From NCBI GenBank assembly GCA_963718045.1, contig OY970350.1, positions 732,077 through 764,076 on the forward strand: a DNA stretch of 32,000 nucleotides, in the 5' to 3' direction. The notes below the pieces were generated by a model, which was given only the letters and a program-made list of their open reading frames with translations, did no database searches and was not told the origin of the DNA. Below are positions 1 through 7,361 of the stretch, piece by piece (within the stretch, counting starts at the first letter, position 1; each line of letters opens with the position of its first letter). This DNA is from Candidatus Saccharimonadota bacterium. GTDB lineage: Bacteria > Patescibacteriota > Saccharimonadia > Saccharimonadales > UBA4665. A program made the position numbers and the translations under genes.

Positions 1-1252
1 TTCTTTCCGGTCCAATAGCGACACGTTCAAAGGCCTCAGTAACGTCTGTTTGTAAAATTTGCGAATGCCCGTTTCTGGCAGCAATAATGGCTGATTCGTT
101 AGCAATGTTAGCTAGATCAGCACCAGATGAGCCGGCCGTTTTGGCAGCCAGAGCGTCAAGATCGACATCTTTGTTTAGTGGCTTTTTAGCAAAATGAACT
201 TTAAGAATTGCTTCACGGTCTTTACGGTCTGGCAGACCTATATTTACCCGGCGGTCGAATCGGCCTGGTCTTAAGAGGGCCGGGTCAAGAACGTCGGCTC
301 GGTTAGTAGCCGCCAGAACAATAACATTTTGGCCTTGCTCAAAACCGTCCATCTCGACCAGTATTTGATTTAAGGTCTGCTCTCTTTCATCATGGCCGCC
401 GCCCATACCGCTGCCGCGTCTTCGGCCAACGGCATCAATCTCATCAATAAAGATTATGCAGGGAGCATTCTTCTTAGCTTTGGCAAAAAGATCTCTAACA
501 CGGCTGGCACCGACACCAACAAACATTTCCACAAATTCTGATCCGGAAATACTAAAGAATGGCACGTTAGCTTCACCGGCTACAGCTCTAGCTAACATTG
601 TTTTACCCGTACCGGGCGGACCAATTAAAAGGACGCCTTTGGGAATGCGGGCACCGACACTGGCAAACTTTTTGGGATACTTCAAGAATTCAACGACTTC
701 TTGAAGGTCTTGTTTTGCTTCGTCTGAACCGGCAACATCTGTAAAGTTAATCTTGTCTTTCTCGTTGCCGTATAGACGGGCCCTGCTTTTGCCAAAACTT
801 AAAGCCTGGTTGCCTTGGCCCTGGGCACTTTTCATCATAATGTACAGAATTACGCCAATAGCAACTACGGGGCCAACAGTTTCCAGAATGCCTAGCCAAG
901 TTGAAGAGCTACTGCTTTCAGCATTGGCAGAAATAGTAACTTTTGAATAATTAAGACCTTCAGTCTTTAAGTTAGCATTAGGTTCTTCATAAGTTTTAAG
1001 GGTTGCTTTTGATTTCCCCTTGGGAGTTATCTGTATTTCATTACCGCTAATTTGAAACTTATTATAGTCACCGGCATTGGCATTTTTAATGGCTGTCGTA
1101 ATTGGGATTGTCTTTAATGTGCTTGGCTGATTAAAGGCGGAATAAACAACTAAAAGCAGTAAAACTATTAAGGCTATAAAGCCGGCATTTCTCATCCCAT
1201 AACGACTGTTAGGGTTCTTCTGTTTATTCGGTTGCAAGCTGTTCCTATCCAT
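1..1252 (-). CDS. ftsH: ATP-dependent zinc metalloprotease FtsH, N-terminal ~417 codons (runs off the left edge, so absent from the ORF track)
   Basis: Reverse translation from ATG at 1252..1250 gives [11 protein letters not shown] and a TM segment. It then reads [13 protein letters not shown] (Walker A, ~610-660), [16 protein letters not shown] (Walker B, ~425-470) and [25 protein letters not shown] (second region of homology, ~245-320). It lies directly downstream of tilS, a classic arrangement. Confidence 0.95.
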   Translation of the reverse strand, partial: MDRNSLQPNKQKNPNSRYGMRNAGFIALIVLLLLVVYSAFNQPSTLKTIPITTAIKNANAGDYNKFQISGNEIQITPKGKSKATLKTYEEPNANLKTEGLNYSKVTISANAESSSSSTWLGILETVGPVVAIGVILYIMMKSAQGQGNQALSFGKSRARLYGNEKDKINFTDVAGSDEAKQDLQEVVEFLKYPKKFASVGARIPKGVLLIGPPGTGKTMLARAVAGEANVPFFSISGSEFVEMFVGVGASRVRDLFAKAKKNAPCIIFIDEIDAVGRRRGSGMGGGHDEREQTLNQILVEMDGFEQGQNVIVLAATNRADVLDPALLRPGRFDRRVNIGLPDRKDREAILKVHFAKKPLNKDVDLDALAAKTAGSSGADLANIANESAIIAARNGHSQILQTDVTEAFERVAIGPER

Positions 1253-1287
1253 AACGGAATTATTATACCGCCTTATATATTTTTTAC

Positions 1288-2181
1288 CTAGCGCTCTAGA
1301 TGCTCGAGTGCCAAATTGTCTTTTGAAGAAGTTATTACCCAGGAATTATAGACATCCACTTTATGTTTTGGACCAATAGTTTTAAGCTGCACGTTAAGTC
1401 TTTCAATGGTCATACGGTCAAACTCGCTTAAGCCATTTTGCCGCAGCCAACTAGCTAGAAGTTCTTTGCCTAGTGAATAATCTAGGCTGTTTAAAAATAG
1501 TCTGGGCAGCTGGTTGTGACTTAAATTAGCTTTTAAAATTTCAGCTAAATCCTTATCGATTTGCTCATTTAAGGCTTGCTGTTTGTTAATAATATCTAGC
1601 AGTCTAGTCCGGCTTTTATTATCTAATTTAGGAACAATTTGGCGGCGGATATAATTCCTTAAATACTTGACGTCTTGGTTGGTGGGATCTTCATGCCAAG
1701 TTAAATTATGTTTTAAAGCATAGTTTGTAATATCCTTTTTAGAATAAACGAGAAGTGGCCGAAGAATTGTTTTGTTTGAAGAAAGTGAGCTTAAACCTTT
1801 CCTGCCCGTCCCGCGGATAATATTAATGATGGCTGTTTCAATTTGGTCATCCTGGTGGTGAGCAGTTATTAAACCGTCTGCTTTTTCTTTTTTAACTACT
1901 TCGTTTAAAAAGGCATACCGGGCATTTCTGGCTTCTTCTTCACTAGCCTTTTGACCTAAATGGCCTTCGCCGTAGTAGAACTTAAAACCATAGTTTTTGG
2001 CTAATTGTTCGACAAACAACCGATCTTTTTTAGAATCGTTTCTAATACCGTGGTCGAAGTGGGCAACAACCAACTCTAAATTGTCTTTTGGCAGATCAGT
2101 TAACAAACTTAGCAGAACGACAGAATCAACCCCGCCGCTAACTGCAACAACGTATTTACCTTTTATCTTCTCAAGCCTCAT
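1288..2181 (-). CDS. tilS: tRNA(Ile)-lysidine synthetase TilS (short form, 297 aa)
   Basis: N-terminal PP-loop motif [16 protein letters not shown], plus HFDHGIR and [21 protein letters not shown], typical of TilS. Position upstream of ftsH. Confidence 0.9.
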   Translation of the reverse strand: MRLEKIKGKYVVAVSGGVDSVVLLSLLTDLPKDNLELVVAHFDHGIRNDSKKDRLFVEQLAKNYGFKFYYGEGHLGQKASEEEARNARYAFLNEVVKKEKADGLITAHHQDDQIETAIINIIRGTGRKGLSSLSSNKTILRPLLVYSKKDITNYALKHNLTWHEDPTNQDVKYLRNYIRRQIVPKLDNKSRTRLLDIINKQQALNEQIDKDLAEILKANLSHNQLPRLFLNSLDYSLGKELLASWLRQNGLSEFDRMTIERLNVQLKTIGPKHKVDVYNSWVITSSKDNLALEHLER

Positions 2182-2248
2182 AATATAAGTGTACTAGAAC
2201 TGTTACGGTTTTGGATTAATCTATTACTTTAATATAATCATGTTGCAA

Positions 2249-2325
2249 GGCGGCGTAGCTCAGCTGGTTAGAGCACAGGACTCATAAGCCTGGGGTCAGT
2301 GGTTCAAGTCCACTCGCCGCTACCA
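2249..2325 (+). tRNA. tRNA-Met(CAU), elongator-like, CCA encoded
   Basis: Cloverleaf read by eye: acceptor GGCGGCG/CGCCGCT (G1-U72), D arm GCTC-AGCTGGTTA-GAGC, anticodon arm CAGGA-CTCATAA-GCCTG (A31/G39 mismatch), variable GGGTC, T arm AGTGG-TTCAAGT-CCACT, then ACCA. The GAGCACA..ACTCATAA....GGGGTCA pattern resembles elongator tRNA-Met as I recall it. A TATAAT box lies at 2233..2238. Confidence 0.85.
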
Positions 2326-2344
2326 TGACGGTTGGTTATTTGTA

Positions 2345-2373
2345 TTGACATTAATTAACACTGGATATACAAT
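2345..2373 (+). promoter_or_regulatory. sigma70-type promoter of the mazEF-like operon (TTGACA-17-TACAAT); start codon 9 nt after the -10 box
   Basis: TTGACA at 2345..2350, a 17-nt spacer, TACAAT at 2368..2373, ATG at 2383. There is no Shine-Dalgarno in the 9 intervening nt. Confidence 0.55.
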
Positions 2374-2382
2374 GTAATTACT

Positions 2383-2619
2383 ATGAATACTACCATTATT
2401 AGCATAGGTAATTCACGAGGTGTGCGTATCCCAAAGCCTCTCTTAGAGGAAAGTGAGTTGGATAATAACGTTGTTATTACGGCTAAAAGAGGCGAGATAC
2501 GTATAACTGCTGCTAAAAAACCGAGGGTTATTTCTGAAACTATGCTGTTATCTGAAGAGGCATTAGCAAAAGATTGGTTAAGGCCTGAGGAAGATAAAGC
2601 ATGGGCACATTTACAGTAG
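2383..2619 (+). CDS. AbrB/MazE/SpoVT-family antitoxin
   Basis: N-terminal swapped-hairpin motif IISIGNSRGVRIPKPLLEE. It is small (78 aa) with an acidic C-terminus and overlaps the downstream toxin gene by 19 nt. Confidence 0.8.
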   Translation: MNTTIISIGNSRGVRIPKPLLEESELDNNVVITAKRGEIRITAAKKPRVISETMLLSEEALAKDWLRPEEDKAWAHLQ

Positions 2620-2930
2620 GACGGGTTGTATCTAGTAGCTTCCCCTTCTCTGATTTATCAACATCCAAAAGACGTCCGGCAATTATTGTTGCGTTGGTCG
2701 ATTTTGATAATTTAATCTTATGCCAAATTACATCAAAACCTTATTCTAGCACTCGAGCGATAGCTTTAAGTACAACGGATTTCGAGTCAGGTAGTTTGTC
2801 TCGAGATAGTTTTATTAGACCTGATAAATTGTTTACAGCTGATGAAACCGTAGTTAATAACGTTCACGGGATACTTAAGGAAGAAAAAACTCAAGAGATT
2901 TTAGAGGCTTTGCGCGGTCTTTTCAGTTAG
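2601..2930 (+). CDS. MazF/PemK-family endoribonuclease toxin
   Basis: GRVVSSSFPFSDLSTSKRRPAIIVA followed by ILCQITSK matches the PemK/MazF pattern (FPFxD...KxRPxxVV...xITS). Translationally coupled to the upstream antitoxin. Confidence 0.8.
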   Translation: MGTFTVGRVVSSSFPFSDLSTSKRRPAIIVALVDFDNLILCQITSKPYSSTRAIALSTTDFESGSLSRDSFIRPDKLFTADETVVNNVHGILKEEKTQEILEALRGLFS

Positions 2931-3115
2931 CATACTGTATGGGTTCAATAACTCACGCTTAGACTGCAACAGCAGTCTCTCCCCTAAGGTTTTAACTATA
3001 TTCCATATCTCTATCAATTCATGTTTAACTTGGTTCCATTTCGTCCATGTCATGCCTACTAATACTTCTATGGTTAGCAGTTTACCCTGATTCAATATAA
3101 AATAATGAATAATCT

Positions 3116-3346
3116 ATGAAAGTAGTTTTATCTCGCGCTAACATTATTATGGCCATAGTTGTTATCGTTGCTTTAATAATAGGTTTTGCAGTTGGATTCC
3201 TCTATAAGGACAAGTGGTTAAATGATTCTTCTAATAAGAGTCCCATCACAGGAAGTTATATGCTATGCAACTGTCCTAATGAGCCAGTAGGCGGTACGGT
3301 GACGGGTTACGGTCCTGGTCCGTGTCATTGTCCGACATATAAATAA
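3116..3346 (+). CDS. small membrane-anchored protein with Cys-rich C-terminus (CNC...CHC)
   Basis: 76-aa ORF with one N-terminal TM helix (IIMAIVVIVALIIGFAVGFLY). The C-terminal part reads CNCPNEPVGGTVTGYGPGPCHCP. No family recognised. Confidence 0.45.
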   Translation: MKVVLSRANIIMAIVVIVALIIGFAVGFLYKDKWLNDSSNKSPITGSYMLCNCPNEPVGGTVTGYGPGPCHCPTYK

Positions 3347-3373
3347 TAGGGTCTTAAGTTATAATCCATAAAA

Positions 3374-3913
3374 ATGAATGCTGTATTTAAAGAGTTTTTG
3401 GATGCTGGATACGAATATAATTTTGGCAATGGGCCTGACGTTATTAGAACAGAGTCTCAAGCAAAACAATTGGGGCTTAACTGTGTTACCCTTACGCATT
3501 TATTAATACCACGCCTTTTTGATATTGAACTGCCTGGCAACATGAGGGGTTGGGAAATGTACTGCATTAATCCCTTTTTTGGCGATGTAGCTAGAGCAGA
3601 AGATATGGATCTGGGGGATGTTTTGTTTTTTGGCAGACCTACTCTACCTGAATATGCCTTGCAGTATTCTCCCGTATATGACGAGTACAAAGAGCTGACA
3701 AACGAAGAGATTGGCAACAATCTAATTGGCCAAAAATATTCTGGAGTTCATTTAGCAATGAATACTGGAGAAGCAGATGATACAGAAAATCCTTTACTAA
3801 TCCATGCCAGTAAGATGGAGGGGACTGTAGTTATATGGTCGCTTGCCAAGTTCCTTGACTTAAAACAGTACTCAACAATCCATGCAATCAAGAGAACAAT
3901 AAGGCAAGTTTAG
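3374..3913 (+). CDS. NlpC/P60-superfamily (papain-like) cysteine hydrolase, no signal peptide
   Basis: The ordered motifs GLNCVTLTH (candidate catalytic Cys), GDVLFFG, GVHLAM (His) and LLIHAS match the NlpC/P60 pattern C...GDxxFF...HVxI...xHA. Confidence 0.55.
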   Translation: MNAVFKEFLDAGYEYNFGNGPDVIRTESQAKQLGLNCVTLTHLLIPRLFDIELPGNMRGWEMYCINPFFGDVARAEDMDLGDVLFFGRPTLPEYALQYSPVYDEYKELTNEEIGNNLIGQKYSGVHLAMNTGEADDTENPLLIHASKMEGTVVIWSLAKFLDLKQYSTIHAIKRTIRQV

Positions 3914-3984
3914 ATTGTAATAGTAGTTTCTCCCTAATCTGTTAGGCTTATTTATCTATCCGTATATTGATATACTTTTTGCGT

Positions 3985-4530
3985 ATGAAAAGGCTGTATT
4001 TCGTAAGACATGGCGAGACTGAGATGAATGTCGGCGGGTATTATTCAGGACGAATCGAAACACCGTTAACATCTACGGGGGTTTCGCAAGCCAAAGCAAC
4101 AGGTAAAAATCTCAAGCAAAAAAACTTAAGAATCGACTTAATTGTCAGCTCGCCACTTTCTAGAGCACACCACACAGCAGAGCTAATTGCAAAAGAGCTA
4201 GGTTATCCAAAAGATAAAATCCAGTTTAACAAACTGTTTGTTGAAAGGTCATTTGGAGACATGGAGGGGGTATCTTGGGCAAAATTCATGGAGAAAGATA
4301 TGGATAATGTAAAAAACGTTGAAACTGTTGCCGAACTTCATAATAGAGCAATGAATGCTCTTAAGTATCTAAATTCATTAAAAGAAGACAATGTACTTGT
4401 AGTCAGTCATGGAAGTTTCGGTAGAGCTTTATATCGAGTAGTAAATAAACTGCCACACCACCTGGAACATGACGATAAACACAGAAATAGTTTTAGAATT
4501 GGCAATGCTGAGATAGTCGAACTTATATAG
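3985..4530 (+). CDS. histidine phosphatase family protein (phosphoglycerate-mutase-like)
   Basis: LYFVRHGETEMN (RHGxT motif), SSPLSRAHHTA and VVSHGSF (second catalytic His). I prefer the ATG at 3985 over the TTG at 3967 used by the ORF track. Confidence 0.85.
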   Translation: MKRLYFVRHGETEMNVGGYYSGRIETPLTSTGVSQAKATGKNLKQKNLRIDLIVSSPLSRAHHTAELIAKELGYPKDKIQFNKLFVERSFGDMEGVSWAKFMEKDMDNVKNVETVAELHNRAMNALKYLNSLKEDNVLVVSHGSFGRALYRVVNKLPHHLEHDDKHRNSFRIGNAEIVELI

Positions 4531-4796
4531 TCCTAATTAATGCATGGCCCGTATGCTACGAATAATTTATGCCTCAATTACTTTCCGGACAACTCAATAC
4601 TTGAGCTGCTTGGTCTTCCTCTTAAAGCTTAGTGAGTATCTTGTCTATGTCTCGTATGCCTTGGTCAGTACTAGTTACTAACTCAAAACCTATTTGTGAT
4701 TGGGTTTTCATATCTTTCCCTTTTTTTGTTTTTTGTTGATTAGATTTAATCTAATTAGCAATCATAGGGCTTATGATTAGCTTTGGCAAGAGTTTT

Positions 4797-5111
4797 TTAA
4801 AGATTTTTGGAAGATTTTTTAGAAGAGATAAAAATATAGACGGATACAAAGATAGCAACGAGTACTAAAATGGCTATCGGAATGAAGGCAGAGACGTTAT
4901 ATTGGGCAGTAGTTTTGCTTTCTGGCAAGTTTAGGGATGATGTTTTAAGTGAAGTAGTCGAGCTTAGTGGTATAGGTGAACCGGAAGACTGGGTATTTAT
5001 TGAGCTTAAACCGGTAGAGCTTTGAGGGTTTTGTTGGTTACCTGTTGAAAGTGAATTAGAGCCCGTACTTTGAGGGTTGCTTGTAGTTATACCGATGTTA
5101 TTATCCATCAC
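4797..5111 (-). CDS. Ser/Thr/Gln-rich protein with C-terminal TM anchor, hypothetical
   Basis: 104-aa ORF with a low-complexity S/T/Q-rich N-terminal part. The C-terminus has a hydrophobic helix IPIAILVLVAIFVSVYIFI plus the basic tail SSKKSSKNL. Confidence 0.45.
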   Translation of the reverse strand: MMDNNIGITTSNPQSTGSNSLSTGNQQNPQSSTGLSSINTQSSGSPIPLSSTTSLKTSSLNLPESKTTAQYNVSAFIPIAILVLVAIFVSVYIFISSKKSSKNL

Positions 5112-5184
5112 TCTATTGTAGGCTATAGGTTAAGTATTTTATATATAAAGCAGTCTCTTATATGAAAATGATGCATGCTATAAA

Positions 5185-5210
5185 CAAAAACTCTGCATTA
5201 ATAACAGAGG
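5185..5210 (-). terminator. possible weak rho-independent terminator after tRNA-fMet
   Basis: The minus strand reads CTCTG-TTATTAATG-CAGAG followed by TTTTTGTTT. The stem is only 5 bp (5191..5195 with 5205..5209). Confidence 0.35.
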
Positions 5211-5221
5211 TGAAAGTCTTA

Positions 5222-5296
5222 TGGTTGCGGGGGCAGGACTCGAACCTGCGACCTATTGGTTATGAGCCAATCGAGCTGCCGCTGCTCCACCCCGCG
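5222..5296 (-). tRNA. initiator tRNA-fMet(CAU), CCA encoded
   Basis: The minus strand reads CGCGGGG-TG-GAGC-AGCGGCA-GCTC-G-ATTGG-CTCATAA-CCAAT-AGGTC-GCAGG-TTCGAGT-CCTGC-CCCCGCA-A-CCA. It has the C1xA72 mismatch and the A11:U24 pair, both initiator hallmarks. Only two of the usual three G-C pairs are present at the base of the anticodon stem. Confidence 0.9.
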
Positions 5297-5356
5297 ATAT
5301 ACTTATTTGACATGTTATTCTAGCATAATATCTTGATCTGGCCAAGAGGTGGAGGT

Positions 5357-5803
5357 TCAGGACTGAGTGTTTCTGTGAAGGAAAAAGTTAATCCAAGCTT
5401 CGTAGTTTAGTTCATTGCTGTTATTAGTTGTCGCTGCTGATGAACTTGATGGCACATTCTTGGTATAGCTTAGAGCTACACTTGATGGCACTATAAGCTC
5501 AGTTTCACCAGGTGCAGCAAGTCCAAAGTTTTGGCGGGCAGATAATTCTAAGTATTGGTTAGATTTATAGTAGTTATTTTGGAGTGCAATAGTTGAATTT
5601 TGTAACTCGGAAACCTGGTTTTGTTGTTTAAGCTCAGTGACTTGCTTTTGAAGGCCGTAGTTAGACTGAATTGCTTTTGCTCCACTCCAGAATATTAGAA
5701 GTACTATGGCCATAAAGATTAATTGACCAGTAAATCTAATGTCACCAAATTTGGTTAGTTGGTGGGTTAGTTTTTGGGGGTAGTCTTTAAATTTTGATTT
5801 CAT
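5357..5803 (-). CDS. septum formation initiator FtsB/DivIC-like protein
   Basis: One TM helix, then a Q/N-rich coiled coil (LQKQVTELKQQNQVSELQN), then YLELSARQNFGLAAPGETELIV, which matches the conserved FtsB/DivIC C-terminal motif. The start is uncertain: ATG at 5803 or GTG at 5815. Confidence 0.7.
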   Translation of the reverse strand: MKSKFKDYPQKLTHQLTKFGDIRFTGQLIFMAIVLLIFWSGAKAIQSNYGLQKQVTELKQQNQVSELQNSTIALQNNYYKSNQYLELSARQNFGLAAPGETELIVPSSVALSYTKNVPSSSSAATTNNSNELNYEAWINFFLHRNTQS

Positions 5804-5877
5804 AGCAATTAACACTTTATATTATATAACTTTAGCTAAGTTCTGTTATACTTTTTATCTGTTAGGTAGCTAACAAT

Positions 5878-6156
5878 GGGGGCGTAGCTCATCGGTTAGA
5901 GCAGGCGGCTCAATAGGGCTGCTTACATGGGTAACCAGTAAGTATATCCTGCCAAATTCGGGGAAACCTTATACTTTCAAGTATTGGTAATCCCGAGCCA
6001 AGTCCTGTGTTAAACGGGAAAGGTGTAGAGACTGTACGGTAGGCATCCTTATGGATGAAGAGACAGTCCGGACCACAAACTCTTTACGAGGCAACGAAAG
6101 TTGTAGTGGCGTGCATAACCGCTTGGTGGTAGGTTCGATTCCTACCGCCCCCACCA
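5878..6156 (+). tRNA. intron-containing tRNA(CAU), Ile2-like; exons 5878..5910 and 6114..6156 give a 76-nt tRNA with encoded CCA
   Basis: The joined exons are GGGGGCG-TA-GCTC-ATCGGTTA-GAGC-A-GGCGG-CT|CATAA-CCGCT-TGGTG-GTAGG-TTCGATT-CCTAC-CGCCCCC-A-CCA, a perfect cloverleaf. The anticodon arm and variable loop (GAGCAGGCGxCTCATAAxCGCTTGGT) resemble ileX-type tRNA-Ile2 as I recall it. Confidence 0.85.
5911..6113 (+). ncRNA. group I intron (IC3-like, no ORF) inserted between U33 and C34 of the tRNA
   Basis: Helices found by eye in canonical order: P1 is exon CGGCU(5906..5910) with GGCTG(5917..5921), with a U.G pair at the splice site. P2 is CTTAC(5922..5926)/GTAAG(5938..5942). P3 is CCTGCC(5948..5953)/GGTAGG(6038..6043). 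P4 is TTCGGGG/CCCGAG. P7 is GACTGT(6030..6035)/ACAGTC(6063..6068). P8 is CATCC-TTAT-GGATG(6044..6057). There is a long P9 and a terminal G at 6113. The core strings AAATTCGGGGAAACC, CCCGAGCCAAG and AAGGTGTAGAGACT closely match the Azoarcus tRNA-Ile intron core as I recall it. Confidence 0.8.
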
Positions 6157-6208
6157 TTTCAATAAAATATGTCGTAACCTCTTTAAATTTCAGTTCTGAC
6201 ATCCATCA

Positions 6209-7201
6209 TTAAGCTACAACTCTTAATGCCTGCCTGCCAATATGCCTATCTCTATTTTTTTGAGTTAACTCAGTTGCTATTTGGTCCAGTTCGGGGACAG
6301 GAAAGGGCGGTGTGTTTCCGTCTCTAACGGCAGTGTCATTTAAGTGATTGAGTAGATCGTCATCTCGACGAAGAGGCGAGACGAAACCACCATAAGGGTT
6401 TAAACGCAATGATCCATGGCCAGTAGGTATGGTAGAAAATTCAGTGACTCCGAATAAGCTGTCTGGGATGTCTTCTTGAGGTTCATCAGGATTTTTACTG
6501 TCAGGTTCTAATTCAGATTTTGGCGGTCTTTGCTTTTGATTTCTATATATCCACGGTATGCCTTGTCTTAGTGCGTCTTTGGCAACCAAGTGATTGGCGG
6601 TAACCATCATCATCTGAACACTATATGGTGCTATATTTGTAGGAGGAGCTTTTAGACTGGCACCAATGTGCGGGCCAAGAAGTTTAGCAACTGTTGCAAT
6701 TCTAACGGCACGATCGTCTTCACTACGTATTAAGTTGTCAAATTCACTGTAGTCAGTAGTTAAGTAATCGGTCAACCTTGTACGCTGTAGACTATAGTTA
6801 AAGATTCCATCATTTTCTGGATCGAAGTCAAAACCGACTGTTACCGTTGGAATACCTGGACCATAAGGGTCAGCACCTAAGTTTAATAGCCCTCTATATA
6901 AACTTTGGGGTAACATAGCACCATTATCTTCGCTACGACTTTGAGCCGTTTTACTATATCTGCTCCAACCTCTTCGTCGGGCATTTTGAACTGCTAAAGA
7001 TTCTGGATCGATTATTCCACAGTCGACGATGTGAATTCCAACTTCCCAGAATCCATCATAATTCCAGTCTGCTCTTATAAAATCATCAATTTCTTGGGGT
7101 TTAGGTGAGTCAATCGCAATACCGGTTTCTGGAGGGCGATCTAATAGTTCTTTCTGAGAAAAATGCCAAGTGCCTTCGATGCATTCAGCTGAGACCGACA
7201 T
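6209..7201 (-). CDS. stand-alone RNB-domain (RNase II/R catalytic domain-like) protein
   Basis: The ordered motifs resemble RNB motifs I-IV: GIAIDSPKPQEIDDFI (cf. IDxxxxxDxDDA), GIHIVDCG (cf. HIADV), PTVTVGFDFDPENDGIFNYSLQRTRL, and GFVSPLRRDDDLLNHL (cf. TSPIRRYxDLxxH). At 330 aa there is no room for cold-shock or S1 domains. Confidence 0.55.
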   Translation of the reverse strand: MSVSAECIEGTWHFSQKELLDRPPETGIAIDSPKPQEIDDFIRADWNYDGFWEVGIHIVDCGIIDPESLAVQNARRRGWSRYSKTAQSRSEDNGAMLPQSLYRGLLNLGADPYGPGIPTVTVGFDFDPENDGIFNYSLQRTRLTDYLTTDYSEFDNLIRSEDDRAVRIATVAKLLGPHIGASLKAPPTNIAPYSVQMMMVTANHLVAKDALRQGIPWIYRNQKQRPPKSELEPDSKNPDEPQEDIPDSLFGVTEFSTIPTGHGSLRLNPYGGFVSPLRRDDDLLNHLNDTAVRDGNTPPFPVPELDQIATELTQKNRDRHIGRQALRVVA

Positions 7202-7326
7202 GGATCCTTCTCAGTATCATAGCTTTATATAAGCATAAGTTTATTAATATGTTAATACTAAAACTTGGGGATTAAACTGTTAATGTTTGGAGAGCCATCA
7301 GGGGCTTGAACTTTCTGGGTATCAAA

Positions 7327-7348
7327 ATGGTTCTAGTTTGGTTCGGTG
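7327..7348. repeat. direct repeat copy 1 (ATGGTTCTAGTTTGGTTCGGTG), 14 nt downstream of the HD gene stop
   Basis: Matches 7997..8018 at 19 of 22 positions. On the minus strand it reads ..ACCGAACCAAACTAG, echoing the dus 3' end. Confidence 0.7.
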
Positions 7349-7361
7349 CGCCATATCAGAT

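Noticed and set aside
456-950. Plus-strand ORFs 456..704 and 753..950
   Set aside because: They are antisense to the clearly recognisable ftsH reading frame (Walker A/B and SRH motifs on the minus strand). Their translations are low-complexity mirror artefacts.
1997-2188. ORFs antisense to annotated genes: 1997..2188, 3457..3720, 7765..7995, 8223..8468, 8556..8744, 9963..10151, 10439..10636, 11699..11893, 14066..14302, 14940..15182, 15261..15521, 17901..18245, 18782..18979, 18992..19177, 19700..20017, 20891..21211, 21320..21583, 24522..24758, 24526..24729, 25767..25967, 27398..27598, 29312..29536 and 30333..30665
   Set aside because: Each is nested in, or antisense to, a longer ORF with recognisable motifs or coherent membrane topology. 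None has its own convincing start context.
2901-3095. 64-aa minus-strand ORF between mazF and the 76-aa gene
   Set aside because: It starts with TTG, has no ribosome-binding or promoter signal that I could find, and overlaps the mazF 3' end by 30 nt. I cannot exclude a real small gene, but support is insufficient.
4860-4960. LPESK in the 104-aa protein as an LPxTG sortase signal
   Set aside because: It lacks the T-G of the motif, and the protein has no N-terminal signal peptide. I keep it only as a weak note in the tail-anchor finding.
5969-6202. 77-aa minus-strand ORF
   Set aside because: It lies entirely across the group I intron and the 3' exon of the tRNA. The structured-RNA explanation accounts for the sequence, and no start context supports a CDS or a homing endonuclease.
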